Shown here: one piece after another, positions 46,053-56,307 of the stretch | Layout: each line of letters begins with the position of its first letter | How positions within the stretch are numbered: position 1 is the first letter of the stretch | NCBI GenBank assembly: GCA_947626695.1 | Contig: CANQTE010000002.1 | Span: 1 to 61,044 of the forward strand | Length of the DNA stretch: 61,044 nt | Origin: an uncultured Bacilli bacterium | Lineage (GTDB): Bacteria; Bacillota_I; Bacilli_A; RF39; UBA660 | Direction: 5' to 3' | Translations under genes and position numbers: made by a program | The notes under the pieces: generated by a model | The model's input: the letters and a program-made list of their open reading frames with translations, nothing else | The model's database searches: none | What the model was told of the DNA's origin: nothing

Positions 46053-46064
46053 ATTATTTCTTAA

Positions 46065-46140
46065 TGGCGCCCAATGTAGGACTCGAACCTACGACCTAAC
46101 GGTTAACAGCCGTGCGCTCTACCGACTGAGCTAATTGGGC
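46065..46140 (-). tRNA. tRNA-Asn (anticodon GUU)
   Basis: The reverse complement is GCCCAAT/TA/GCTC-AGTCGGTA-GAGC/G/CACGG-CTGTTAA-CCGTT/AGGTC/GTAGG-TTCGAGT-CCTAC/ATTGGGC/G-CCA. Confidence 0.92.
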
Positions 46141-46151
46141 AGTACTATTAA

Positions 46152-46180
46152 AGTATAATAAATATTATACTTAATGTCAA
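46152..46180 (-). promoter_or_regulatory. tRNA-Asn promoter TTGACA-17-TATACT
   Basis: Minus-strand hexamers with a 17-nt spacer, with the -10 box ending 11 nt upstream of the tRNA 5' end. Confidence 0.6.
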
Positions 46181-46492
46181 GTTTTTTATACTTATATTTA
46201 TTATTTTATGTAATCTTTTTCAATTACAGTTTATATTGTATCTTATTTTTTAGAATTTTGCAACACTTTTTAAGAATTTAGTTGAAAAATTTAAACAAAA
46301 TATATCAAAAAGATTTACTTTATCAAGAAAAATGTCTATTTTAATAATTGTCTTTTATTTTTTTACAATATAAATATAAATACTGTTATTTATACTTTAG
46401 TAGTAACTAAATTGTAATGAAGTTTTAGGAAGTTACATTTTTTGATTGTCATATTAATCATTTTTGTGTTATAATAGATTAGGTGAACTAGT

Positions 46493-47329
46493 ATGAGAGA
46501 AGATTATTTTGTTAATATTGCTTTTACAGAAGGTATTAAGCTATATCTTTCATCTAAAAATAATCCTGATAGTATTACATATAATTCATTTTTAGTTGTT
46601 ATAATAAGAGTTTTAGCTTTAATATATGGGGAACCTGATATATTAAATCCCTATTATTTAAATAATAAAGTTGCATTTTTAAATAATCTTGCTAGATATG
46701 GTATGAATAAATCTGATGTTGCATTATTTAAAGATGAAGTATTAAATTATTATGAATATGAAATTAAAAATAATAGTGAAACAGTAAAAGTAGTTAATCC
46801 TTATTTTGAAAGTATTCTTAAATATTTAATAGATATGTTTGCTTTAAAAAAGAAAAATGCTAGTATATCATTTGTCGAAGAAGAAAATTTTTTAAAGCTA
46901 ATTTATACTACTCATACTACTAATAGTTATATGTTATCATATAGTTATTTAATGAATAATGATGTTAATTTTTTAGAGAAATATTATTATTCTAAAATAA
47001 ATGAATTAGATGTTACTAAAGAGTTAAATGAAACTATTAGTATGAATCTTAATTTAGAAGCTTTAAATTATGTAGGAGTTAATTTATCAAATATAAATAA
47101 TTTAAATGAAAAAGAGCTTGCAAATGCAAGTAATGCCGCATATAAATATTTTAATGTTGATGCTAGTAAAGTAAGTAGAGATGTTGATTTAAATTCTAAA
47201 TTAAAAGGGGTAAAAAATAATAAGTTATCTTTAAGTACAGGGAATGGTTATGTTGATATATTACTGCTTATGAGTGTTATTGTTACATCTTTAAGTGTTG
47301 TTGCTATATTTGCATTTACGGTATTTTAG
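46493..47329 (+). CDS. hypothetical protein with a C-terminal membrane anchor
   Basis: 278-aa ORF with the C-terminal helix VDILLLMSVIVTSLSVVAIFAFTVF. No recognisable domain. Confidence 0.5.
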   Translation: MREDYFVNIAFTEGIKLYLSSKNNPDSITYNSFLVVIIRVLALIYGEPDILNPYYLNNKVAFLNNLARYGMNKSDVALFKDEVLNYYEYEIKNNSETVKVVNPYFESILKYLIDMFALKKKNASISFVEEENFLKLIYTTHTTNSYMLSYSYLMNNDVNFLEKYYYSKINELDVTKELNETISMNLNLEALNYVGVNLSNINNLNEKELANASNAAYKYFNVDASKVSRDVDLNSKLKGVKNNKLSLSTGNGYVDILLLMSVIVTSLSVVAIFAFTVF

Positions 47330-47340
47330 GAGGGTTTTAA

Positions 47341-47622
47341 ATGGAGGTTATAACATTAAATAATCGGAAATATAAAGTAATAGAAAACTATAAAGATGCT
47401 CTAAATATTCCAGGTTTAGAAGAATCTCTTACAGATTATTTTGATGATTTTGATTATATTCTAGGAGACATTGCATATAATAAATTACGATTAAAAGGGT
47501 TTAATGATAAGAATAATAAAAATTTTCGACCCCTTAATGATATAGCAACCTATAAAGATTATTTAAAAAATAATTGTGCCTATGGGTGTCGATGGTTTTT
47601 AATAAGTGAAATAAAAGATTGA
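47341..47622 (+). CDS. YutD-like protein (DUF1027)
   Basis: YILGDIAYNKLRLKGF and GCRWFLI resemble the YutD family. The size is about 93 aa. Confidence 0.6.
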   Translation: MEVITLNNRKYKVIENYKDALNIPGLEESLTDYFDDFDYILGDIAYNKLRLKGFNDKNNKNFRPLNDIATYKDYLKNNCAYGCRWFLISEIKD

Positions 47623-47675
47623 TTAGTGAAGATTATTTTGATATAATATAAGAAGAATAAAGAGAGGGAATTACC

Positions 47676-48821
47676 ATGACAAAGATTAATATAACAACTC
47701 CAACGGGAGTAGAAAGTTTAAGTTTACTTAGTGCTTTTAAAGTAGATGATAATAAATATGTCGTTTTTGACAGTGAAAAAACAAGTTCAATGGGCTTGCC
47801 ACTTATATATGTAAGTAAATTTACTACTAAATTAGAACAAATAATTGATAAAGCAGAATGGGAGAAAGTAAAGAGTTATTTAAAGGGAATTATTAATGGA
47901 ACTAGTTTTGAATATATTAAATTAGAAGAAAATTTAACTAGTAATGAAGTTTATTATACACCACTTACACTGCCATCAACAAATGCTTTTGATGCGATAA
48001 AAAATGGCTATGTACTTCCAAGTCCAAGTGCACAAAATATAGATGTGCCAACACCTCCAAGTATTACACCCGAAGTTGCACCTCCAGTTGAGGTAAAGCC
48101 AGTAGAACCCGCTATTCCAAATATAGTGCCACCTGCTCCAAGTATGCCAGAAGCACCACAGATTACACCACCTTTAAATATTCCAACTCCACCAGTTGTA
48201 AATGAAAATGTTATTCCAACAACCCCAATTATGCCTGAGGCTCCCGCGATTAGTAACGAGGTTGTAAATAGAACTCCTGTTGTTCCAGAAGTTCCAAGTG
48301 CACCTATAGTAGAACCTATTACACCAGAGCCCCCAAAAGTGCCTAATGTAGTACCAAGTATTCAAGAAGTACCTCAAGAAGAAGTAAAACCACTTGATAA
48401 TGATATGTTTAAAACTGATAAAGAAACTTTCTTAAAAGCTTGTGAGAATATGTTTGACGCTCTTGCTTCTAAATATCAAAAAGAATTAGAAAATTTACAA
48501 AAAAGAGAGATGGAGATTAAACGTCAAGAAACAGAAATAGCAAATAAGATGGCTTCAGCAAGTGAACATTTAGCAAATGCTGAGGCAAGAGAACAAGTTG
48601 CTAATATAGCTCATGATAATGCCCAAAAAATCATGGATATTAATAATTTAATGCCTAATATGAATAATACAACAACAATTCCAAGTTCGTTTAATCCAAG
48701 TGTAAATACACCTTCTGTAGGTGTAGCTACTCCTCAAGTAAATGCTATTCCAAGTATAGTCCCAAATGGCATACCTAGTGCTATACCAAATCAAGTACCT
48801 CCTCAAACTGGTGTTATATAA
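47676..48821 (+). CDS. proline-rich protein with a DUF1292-like N-terminal domain and a coiled-coil segment
   Basis: N-terminus FKVDDNKYVVFDSEKTS...IDKAEWEKVKSYL, then ~130 aa of P/V/E-rich repeats (PPSITPEVAPPVEVKPVEP...), then a coiled coil KELENLQKREMEIKRQETEIANK. Confidence 0.5.
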   Translation: MTKINITTPTGVESLSLLSAFKVDDNKYVVFDSEKTSSMGLPLIYVSKFTTKLEQIIDKAEWEKVKSYLKGIINGTSFEYIKLEENLTSNEVYYTPLTLPSTNAFDAIKNGYVLPSPSAQNIDVPTPPSITPEVAPPVEVKPVEPAIPNIVPPAPSMPEAPQITPPLNIPTPPVVNENVIPTTPIMPEAPAISNEVVNRTPVVPEVPSAPIVEPITPEPPKVPNVVPSIQEVPQEEVKPLDNDMFKTDKETFLKACENMFDALASKYQKELENLQKREMEIKRQETEIANKMASASEHLANAEAREQVANIAHDNAQKIMDINNLMPNMNNTTTIPSSFNPSVNTPSVGVATPQVNAIPSIVPNGIPSAIPNQVPPQTGVI

Positions 48822-48856
48822 ACATCAGTTTTTTCATATATATAACTAGTGATAAT

Positions 48857-49780
48857 ATGAAAGAGAGTATTAATTATTATTATAATTTAACAATTAAAAC
48901 AGTTGAAAAAAGAAATAATATTTATTATTTTACTTTAAATAATGAAGAATTTTATTTTGTTCCTCTAAAAAGAATTAAAGATGAATTAAATGATATAATT
49001 GAAGTAACAAAAGAATTAAAAAACAATAATATTCCAGTTCATGATTTAATTTTAAATCGTTTTAATTCTTTAATTACTAATATATATAATACTAATTATA
49101 TTCTTTTAAAACCAATTGGTAATGCTTATCAAATATATGAAATAAATTCTTTAATTAATTTTAGTCATAACTTAACATTAAATAGTACTAAAAGTAATTT
49201 ATATCGCTTAAATTGGAATAATCTTTGGAGTTCTAAAATAGATTATTTTGAATATCAAATAAGAGAACTAGGCCAAAATAAACCTATAATTCTAAATAGT
49301 TTTAGTTATTATGTTGGACTTGCCGAGAATGCTATTACTTATGTTACTAGTACTCTTTTAAATTATAAGAGAAGTTCTTTAGATAAAATAACTTTATCCC
49401 ATAGAAGAATTAATTATCCTAATTATAAACTAAATTACTTAAATCCTTTAAGCTTTATTTTTGATTTAGAAGTAAGAGATATCGCGGAATATTTAAAAAG
49501 TGCTTTTTGGAATAATGCTCCTGCTTTAGAAATATTAAAAGAAGTATTAAAAAATAATAAATATACTATTTATAGTTTACAGTTACTATACGCGAGACTT
49601 TTATATCCTACTTATTATTTTGATAAATATGAAGAAATAATGAATAATGATTTAGATGAAGAAGTATTAATACCTATATTAGAAAAAGCACAAGTTTATG
49701 AAAATTTTTTAAAAGAAGCTTATAATGAAATAAGTAAATATGCCCCAATAGAAAGAATAGAATGGCTTTTAAAATCATAA
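48857..49780 (+). CDS. YutH/CotS-like spore-coat kinase-fold protein
   Basis: SHRRINYPNYKLNYLNPLSFIFDLEVRDIAEYLK resembles the YutH family core. Its neighbours are yutD-like and nifU-like (yutI-like) genes. Confidence 0.55.
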   Translation: MKESINYYYNLTIKTVEKRNNIYYFTLNNEEFYFVPLKRIKDELNDIIEVTKELKNNNIPVHDLILNRFNSLITNIYNTNYILLKPIGNAYQIYEINSLINFSHNLTLNSTKSNLYRLNWNNLWSSKIDYFEYQIRELGQNKPIILNSFSYYVGLAENAITYVTSTLLNYKRSSLDKITLSHRRINYPNYKLNYLNPLSFIFDLEVRDIAEYLKSAFWNNAPALEILKEVLKNNKYTIYSLQLLYARLLYPTYYFDKYEEIMNNDLDEEVLIPILEKAQVYENFLKEAYNEISKYAPIERIEWLLKS

Positions 49781-50008
49781 TTCCACATTTATAACACCTT
49801 CTATTTCAGGTATTTGTTCTTTTAAATATGCTTCTATTCCAAAGTTTAAAGTTTCATCTTGATAAAAACAATGAGCACAAGCCCCACTTAATTTAATAAA
49901 AACATAATTATCTTCATATCTAATAAACTCAATATCTCCACCATCTTGATTAATTAATGGCCTTAAATCCTCAATTATATCTTTTATTTTTTGTTCCATT
50001 TCTAACAC
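49775..50008 (-). CDS. NifU C-terminal-domain (Nfu/YutI-like) Fe-S scaffold protein
   Basis: LRPLINQDGGDIEFI...IKLSGACAHC motif. Confidence 0.85.
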   Translation of the reverse strand: MLEMEQKIKDIIEDLRPLINQDGGDIEFIRYEDNYVFIKLSGACAHCFYQDETLNFGIEAYLKEQIPEIEGVINVEL

Positions 50009-50079
50009 CTAATTAATTATAAGTTAAAAAAATATCAAATGTCAAGAAAAATGTGTTATAATTATATGTGGTGAGGTCT

Positions 50080-50439
50080 ATGAAAAAAGGAGACATTATT
50101 AAATGTACAATCACAGGATTTAAAAACTATGGTATCTTTGTGCAAATAAATGAAGAATATAATGGTTTAATCCATATCTCAGAAATATCTGAAAGTTTTG
50201 TCCGTAATGTCGCGGACTATGGTGATTATAAAGAAGAAATATATGCAAGAATTATTGGGATAAATGAAAAAGAAAAACATCTTAAATTATCTATTAAAAA
50301 TCTTAATTATAAAGTAGATGGTAAAAATATGGAAGAAGTTGCTAAAAATGGTTTTCTACCTTTAAAAGAACATTTAAATACTTGGGTAAATGAAAAAGTA
50401 AAAGAAATTAATATTACAAAAATAAATAAATGTAAGTAG
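50080..50439 (+). CDS. S1 RNA-binding domain protein (YugI/GSP13-like)
   Basis: GDIIKCTITGFKNYGIFVQINEEYNGLIHISEISESFV is an S1 fold motif. Confidence 0.8.
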   Translation: MKKGDIIKCTITGFKNYGIFVQINEEYNGLIHISEISESFVRNVADYGDYKEEIYARIIGINEKEKHLKLSIKNLNYKVDGKNMEEVAKNGFLPLKEHLNTWVNEKVKEINITKINKCK

Positions 50440-50446
50440 GGGGTTT

Positions 50447-52183
50447 ATGAAAAGTTTAACAGAATTTAAATATGTTTGGGAGTTTTTAAAAAAAGAAAAG
50501 AAAAAACTATTATTTGCAAGTATTCTTATCTTTATTGGGGAATTATCAGAGATTTTTACAGGCTTTTTAAATGGTTCCGCGGTAAATGCTATATCTACTC
50601 TAAAGGTGAAAGAAGCAATTATTTTTTTAGGTATTTATTTAATTATGCGCTTAGTTGTAGATTCTTTAATACTTCCTAAATCTTATCGCATGTTACAAGA
50701 AATAGAAAATGTTATCTCAAGAAAATTAGGCTATTTTACTTATAAAAAAGCACTAGATTTACCAGCCTATGATTATGAAAAATTATCAAGTGGAGAAGTA
50801 ATTAATAGAATAGTTGATGATACTGATACTTTAAGTTATACATTTGAACAATTATTAGAAATGTTTACTTCTTTAGTAGGTTCCCTTATTTTAATTATTC
50901 ATATCTTCCTAAATTCTTGGATAATTGGCTTCGAAATAATTATTTTTCTTATTATAATAGTTTTTCTTATTAAAAAATATAATCCTATCTTAAAGCAAAT
51001 AAAAAAAGAAATAAAAAAAGAAAATGATAAATATACCTCTCTTATAACAGAATCTATAAGAGGAGTTCGTGAAATAAAAACTTTAGGTATCAAAAATAGT
51101 TTATTAAGTGATATCAAAAAAATTATCAGAAATCTATTTAATAAAAACAAAGAAGAAATAGATGAAAGAGTAGAATTTGAAGTAATTACTAAAACTCTAA
51201 AAACTATTTTAGAGTGTGGTGTCTTTTTTACTTGTATAATATTACTTTTTTATGGTAAGACTACTTTAACATTTTTTGTTGCTATGACTTATTATATATA
51301 CCGTTATATGTGGTTAATTGAAAATATAAATAGTTTTACTAAAACTTATCAATCAGTTTCTAATTTTTTAGAAAGAGTAAATGAAATATTAGAAAATAAA
51401 TTATATAAAGATGAATATTTTGGGAATAATACTATTAAAGATGTTAAAGGTGTAATTGAATTTAAAGATGTAACTTTTGGATATCCTAATGAAAAAAAAA
51501 TTTTAGAAAACTTTAATTTAAAACTTGAACCCAATAAAAAAATTGCTATCGTGGGCAAATCTGGTCAAGGCAAAACTACTTTATTTAACTTACTTACAAG
51601 AGTATTTGACCCTACAAGTGGGGAGATTTTACTTGATGGGGTAAATATTTCTTCTTTAAAGGAAGATTTCTTAAGAAAAGAAATAGCTATTATAAGACAA
51701 GAACCATTTATTTTTAATCGTTCTATTATCGATAATTTTAAATTAATTAATAAAGATATAGATTTAAAAACAATAAAAAAATATACTAAATTAGTGTATT
51801 TAGATGATTATATAATGAGTTTACCAAATAATTATGATACTTTAATAGGAGAGGGTGGAGTAAACTTATCAGGTGGACAAAAACAAAGACTATCTATTGC
51901 CAGAGCTTTAGCTAAAGAAAGTAAAGCAATATTATTTGATGAAGCGACAAGTGCTTTAGATAATAGTAGCCAAGAATATATTAAAAAAGCTATAGATAAT
52001 TTAGTAAAGGATCATACAGTTATAATTGTTGCCCATAGATTATCTACTATTATAGATGCTGATATAATTTATGTAGTAAATGAAGGAAAGATTGTGGCAA
52101 GTGGAACTCATAAAGAATTATTAAAATATAGTACTATTTATAAAAATTTATATGAAATGGAAGATTTAGATATTAGTAATTAA
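50447..52183 (+). CDS. ABC exporter, fused permease/ATPase (MsbA/LmrA-like)
   Basis: N-terminal six-TM domain, Walker A GKSGQGKTT, signature LSGGQKQRLSIARAL, Walker B ILFDEATSALD. Confidence 0.9.
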   Translation: MKSLTEFKYVWEFLKKEKKKLLFASILIFIGELSEIFTGFLNGSAVNAISTLKVKEAIIFLGIYLIMRLVVDSLILPKSYRMLQEIENVISRKLGYFTYKKALDLPAYDYEKLSSGEVINRIVDDTDTLSYTFEQLLEMFTSLVGSLILIIHIFLNSWIIGFEIIIFLIIIVFLIKKYNPILKQIKKEIKKENDKYTSLITESIRGVREIKTLGIKNSLLSDIKKIIRNLFNKNKEEIDERVEFEVITKTLKTILECGVFFTCIILLFYGKTTLTFFVAMTYYIYRYMWLIENINSFTKTYQSVSNFLERVNEILENKLYKDEYFGNNTIKDVKGVIEFKDVTFGYPNEKKILENFNLKLEPNKKIAIVGKSGQGKTTLFNLLTRVFDPTSGEILLDGVNISSLKEDFLRKEIAIIRQEPFIFNRSIIDNFKLINKDIDLKTIKKYTKLVYLDDYIMSLPNNYDTLIGEGGVNLSGGQKQRLSIARALAKESKAILFDEATSALDNSSQEYIKKAIDNLVKDHTVIIVAHRLSTIIDADIIYVVNEGKIVASGTHKELLKYSTIYKNLYEMEDLDISN

Positions 52184-52193
52184 TGTTAAAAAA

Positions 52194-53231
52194 TTATTTA
52201 ATAAATATAATTAATATAAATTCTATAAGTAATCTTTTAGTTTCTTTATCTAATTTTTTAAAACTCTTAATTAATTTAAAAATACTTCCAATTTTAATAT
52301 CTTTTGTATCTTTAATATTATTATTTCTAAATATTTTAAATAAATCATTAACTAGTTTTAATTTTTCTTCATTTGATAATTGTTCTAATTTTTCTGTTAA
52401 TTTATATTCTAAATTTTTACTTCTTTTATTTAGTTTAGATTTAATAAATTCTTTACTATTACATCTCCAATTAAAAGCATCATGTTGTAAGATACTAAAA
52501 CTTTTAGCTTTAACTACTTCATAATCTTTTGAGTGATATAAAATCATTCCTATAATACTTTGTTCAGGAACAAACATTTTTATTTTATTTTTAATTTTAA
52601 TATAATTTTTACTATTTATTTGGGCCTTTAAAAAGCCTGGTCCATCATTATTATAGATAGCTATAATTTTTCTTTTATAAAAACTTTTAGCACTTAGAGC
52701 CGCGCATATAGCTAAATTACCACCTTTAGAGTGTCCTCCAACTCTAATATTTTTAGTAAATAAACCTAAAGCTTTATTAAAATATATTCCGGCATATTTT
52801 TGACTTACTCCAGGATATAGATAAGCCATTTTAAAATCTTCTTCCCAACCTATAATAGATGTATCAGTCCCAGCATAAGCAATATAAATACTTTTATCAT
52901 TTAATTTAATAGTTATAGCCCCAAATTGCATTTCTTCATTAACAACTTTCATATAATTATATAATAGGGCATCACCATATCTTTTAGTATCTTTCATTAT
53001 ATTTAACATTTTAAAAGTATTACCAACAAATAATCCTTGATATTTTGTTTTATTTTTATTTATTTCTAAAACGGCATTATAAAGAGTAATTTTATTTTTT
53101 TTAAACGCGGGTACTATACCGGTAAAGTCTATATAAGGAATACAAGCGAAAATTAAATTATCTACATCTGTAAAAGGAAATGTTTTAAAATCTTCATCTT
53201 TATGTAATTTTATATAGTCAATTATATTCAT
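52194..53231 (-). CDS. Mbeg1-like / DUF2974 alpha/beta-hydrolase (lipase-like)
   Basis: Nucleophile elbow VGGHSKGGNLAICAAL preceded by IAYAGTDTSIIGWEEDF. Confidence 0.7.
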   Translation of the reverse strand: MNIIDYIKLHKDEDFKTFPFTDVDNLIFACIPYIDFTGIVPAFKKNKITLYNAVLEINKNKTKYQGLFVGNTFKMLNIMKDTKRYGDALLYNYMKVVNEEMQFGAITIKLNDKSIYIAYAGTDTSIIGWEEDFKMAYLYPGVSQKYAGIYFNKALGLFTKNIRVGGHSKGGNLAICAALSAKSFYKRKIIAIYNNDGPGFLKAQINSKNYIKIKNKIKMFVPEQSIIGMILYHSKDYEVVKAKSFSILQHDAFNWRCNSKEFIKSKLNKRSKNLEYKLTEKLEQLSNEEKLKLVNDLFKIFRNNNIKDTKDIKIGSIFKLIKSFKKLDKETKRLLIEFILIIFIK

Positions 53232-53260
53232 GAAAATTCACCTATAAAATTATATCACAC

Positions 53261-54529
53261 TTATTTAAAAGTTATAATATCATTTTCTAGTCTATAATTA
53301 ATTTTATAAAATTTATCCATAGCAAGAGATAATAAATATATATCATTAATACCTATTAATTCCATACTAGAGTGCATAGCAAGCATAGAAAGAGCTATAT
53401 CTAAAGAGTTAATACTTAAATGTTTCAAATTAGCCCCAGCTTGAGTAGAACCAGTTTGAAAATCATTTCTTGAAGTATAATAAGTATATTTAATATTATT
53501 ATCTTCACATATTTTTTTAAATATTGAAGAAGTAATACTATTAGTAGTACCATTAGTTTCTTTAGTAATAAGTATGCCATCATTTAAAATAGGACTATTA
53601 GTATGGTCTGATAATTCATTATGATTAGGGTGTCTTGCATGAGTATTGTCGGCACTTATAATTAAGCTATTTGCCAGTGTTTGTCCTAAATTTAAGTTTA
53701 ATAGTTTAGTTATTTTTTTTATTGTATCAATTAAAAAATTAGAATCTGCTCCTTCAAATGTATTAGAACCTATTTCTTCACTGTTAAATATAGCAAGAAC
53801 ATTAATACTTGTTGAAAAATTATTAATAAAAGCTTCTAGGGCAGAATAAGTACAAGTTATATTATCTATTCTTGGAGATAATAAAAATTCATTATTAATT
53901 ATTTGAGGGACTTCAGTATTATATAAAAATAAATCATAATCAAATATTTCTTCTTTTATATTTAAAATACTCTTTATAAGTTTATTTAAACTTAAAGATT
54001 TATCTAAAGAAATAATAGGCATTAAATCTATCTCCGTATTTATATCTAAATTAGTATTTGCTTTATCATTTTGATGTATAGCAATACTTGGAATAACCGC
54101 GCAAGGTACTTTTAAATCAATTATTTTTTTCATTAAATTATCTTTATTTTTTAAGATAACTCTTCCTGCGATACTTAAGGGTCTATCCATAAAACTATAA
54201 TTTAAAATACCTCCATAAGGAGCAACATTAAGTTTTAAATAACTATTTTCATAATAATCTGAATTAGGTTTAATACTAAATGAAGGAGTATCACTATGGG
54301 TACAAATAATTTTAAATTGGGGGTTAATTTTTTTAGGTATATTAAAAGCAATAAGAGAAGCATCATTTCTAATAATAAAATATTTATTATAATCAAGTGT
54401 CCAAGTATCACTTTCATTTAAGGGTTTATAACCATTATTTAATAAAATTTCTTTAATTTCTTTAATGCAAGTAAAGGGGCAAGTTCCACTCCTTAATAAG
54501 TTTATTAATCCTTCATTAAAATCTTTCAC
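53261..54529 (-). CDS. M18-family aminopeptidase
   Basis: ICTHSDTPSFSIKPN, FNSEEIGS, ISADNTHARHPN and SMLAMHS blocks typical of M18 aspartyl aminopeptidases. Confidence 0.8.
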   Translation of the reverse strand: MKDFNEGLINLLRSGTCPFTCIKEIKEILLNNGYKPLNESDTWTLDYNKYFIIRNDASLIAFNIPKKINPQFKIICTHSDTPSFSIKPNSDYYENSYLKLNVAPYGGILNYSFMDRPLSIAGRVILKNKDNLMKKIIDLKVPCAVIPSIAIHQNDKANTNLDINTEIDLMPIISLDKSLSLNKLIKSILNIKEEIFDYDLFLYNTEVPQIINNEFLLSPRIDNITCTYSALEAFINNFSTSINVLAIFNSEEIGSNTFEGADSNFLIDTIKKITKLLNLNLGQTLANSLIISADNTHARHPNHNELSDHTNSPILNDGILITKETNGTTNSITSSIFKKICEDNNIKYTYYTSRNDFQTGSTQAGANLKHLSINSLDIALSMLAMHSSMELIGINDIYLLSLAMDKFYKINYRLENDIITFK

Positions 54530-54608
54530 GTATAATCACCATTTATAGTATGCTTATATTTAAATATTTAATACTTGTACTATAATTTTTTTTTAAGAAT
54601 ATATTTTA

Positions 54609-54956
54609 ATGGTGATACATATGGATAAAAAAGATTCTTTTAAAGTTTTTGCAAGAAATCACCCCGAGCTTGTTACAAGTGTTAAAAATGGTGATGCAAC
54701 ATGGCAAAAATTATATGAAATATATGATATTTATGGGGAAAATAGTGAAGCATGGAAAAACTATTTTAATAAGGGTACTAATACTTTTGGTATAACAGAT
54801 ATTATGAAAAATATTGATGTTAAAAGTATTCAAAAACATATTAATACTGCCCAAAAAGCTTTGGATATAGTAGAAGAGTTAACGGGTAAAGAGAAAATTA
54901 GTCCTATTAAAGGGCCAACAACTCCAAGACCAATAAATAAATTTTTTGAGGATTAA
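54609..54956 (+). CDS. YlbD-like (putative coat) protein
   Basis: FKVFARNHPELVTSVKNGDATWQKLYEIYDIYGE resembles YlbD. The alternative start is ATG 54621. Confidence 0.55.
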   Translation: MVIHMDKKDSFKVFARNHPELVTSVKNGDATWQKLYEIYDIYGENSEAWKNYFNKGTNTFGITDIMKNIDVKSIQKHINTAQKALDIVEELTGKEKISPIKGPTTPRPINKFFED

Positions 54957-55179
54957 TATGCTTTTAGTGAGTTTAATTGAATTAAAAAAAGATAAGAAAA
55001 TGTGGGATTTATTAAAATATAATTCTTATTGGATAAAAAATTTAAATCGTAATCCTGATAATATTAAATTATATAAAGAGAATATGAAAGTTAAATATAA
55101 ACTTAGAGTAACTGATAAAATTAATGATTTTGTTGATAATATGGATATAATTAGTAATGTTTTACAAGTATTAAAATAA
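54946..55179 (+). CDS. YlbE-like protein
   Basis: LLKYNSYWIKNLNRNPDNIKLYKENMKVKY resembles YlbE. It overlaps the ylbD-like stop. Confidence 0.5.
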   Translation: MRINMLLVSLIELKKDKKMWDLLKYNSYWIKNLNRNPDNIKLYKENMKVKYKLRVTDKINDFVDNMDIISNVLQVLK

Positions 55180-55234
55180 AAATTACTTTACTAGCTTTAG
55201 TTTTTTTGTTATAATCATTATAGGAAGTGGAAAA

Positions 55235-55801
55235 ATGAAGAAATTATTTTTTATTGTTTTAATATTAATAGGTATTACTAGTATGCCCATAAATTCTTAT
55301 GCAAGTGAAGATATAACAATCTATTTTTTTAGGGGAGATACTTGTCCTCATTGTGAAAGTTCTCTAAATTATTTAAATGAGCATAAAGAAGAAATACCAG
55401 ATAATATAAAGATAGTTACTTATGAAGTTTATAATAATAGTAATAATGAGAAATTACATGAGGAAGTTGCCAAGAAATTAGGTGTTACAGGTGATGATTT
55501 AGAAAATGTTCCATTTATCGCGGTTGGAAATAAATATCGCATTGGTATGGACGGCATTAAGTCTGATTTTGATGAATTAATGAGTTTAGCACAGTCTGTA
55601 GATAATTCTGATTATACTGATGTTGTTGCAAGTACAATTAAAGAAATGAAGAAAGAAGATAAATCATTTAAAGTAAAAGCTATTACTTTAGAAAAATTAT
55701 ATGCTGGACCTAATAAAACAGTAACAATTGTTGCTTTTACAATCTTTGGAGTAATCATAATTGGTTTCTTAGCGATGGTATTATTTCCTAAAAAGAGTTA
55801 A
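55235..55801 (+). CDS. exported thioredoxin-fold protein (CPHC) with a C-terminal membrane anchor
   Basis: Signal peptide, YFFRGDTCPHCES redox motif, and the C-terminal helix VTIVAFTIFGVIIIGFLAMVLF. Confidence 0.7.
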   Translation: MKKLFFIVLILIGITSMPINSYASEDITIYFFRGDTCPHCESSLNYLNEHKEEIPDNIKIVTYEVYNNSNNEKLHEEVAKKLGVTGDDLENVPFIAVGNKYRIGMDGIKSDFDELMSLAQSVDNSDYTDVVASTIKEMKKEDKSFKVKAITLEKLYAGPNKTVTIVAFTIFGVIIIGFLAMVLFPKKS

Positions 55802-55852
55802 ACTACTTTAATTAGTAGTTTTTTTTTGGTATAATTTTAAATGGAGGTACTC

Positions 55853-56293
55853 ATGAAAGTAATAATGTTAGAAAATGTTCGTAAAGTAGGAAATAAAGAT
55901 GAGATAGTAGATGTAAGTGCAGGATATGCGACAAATTATTTATTTAAAAATAAACTCGCAGTTCCTCTAACTAAAAGAAGTAATGAAGTATTAAATAGAG
56001 AACTTGATAAAAGAAAGTTAGAAGAACAAGAAAAAATTGCCGAATTTAATGAAATTAAGAAAAAACTTGAAAATAAAATATTAACATTTAAAGTTAAAAC
56101 AGGGTTAGAAGATAAAGTTTTTGGTAAAATATCGACAAAACAAATAGCCGAGAAATTAAAAGAAGAGGGCTATAATATAGATAAAAAATGCATTAATTTA
56201 GACTATGATATCGATACTTTAGGTATTCATGAAGTTTTAATAGTTTTACATAAAATGGTAAAGTTTAAAATAAGAATAAGTTTAAGTAAATAA
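55853..56293 (+). CDS. rplI: 50S ribosomal protein L9
   Basis: MKVIMLENVRKVGNKDEIVDVSAGYATNYLFKNKLAV, with ISTKQIAEKL. It lies upstream of dnaB. GGAGG precedes ATG 55853. Confidence 0.93.
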   Translation: MKVIMLENVRKVGNKDEIVDVSAGYATNYLFKNKLAVPLTKRSNEVLNRELDKRKLEEQEKIAEFNEIKKKLENKILTFKVKTGLEDKVFGKISTKQIAEKLKEEGYNIDKKCINLDYDIDTLGIHEVLIVLHKMVKFKIRISLSK

Positions 56294-56307
56294 AAGTAGG
56301 TGAAAAA

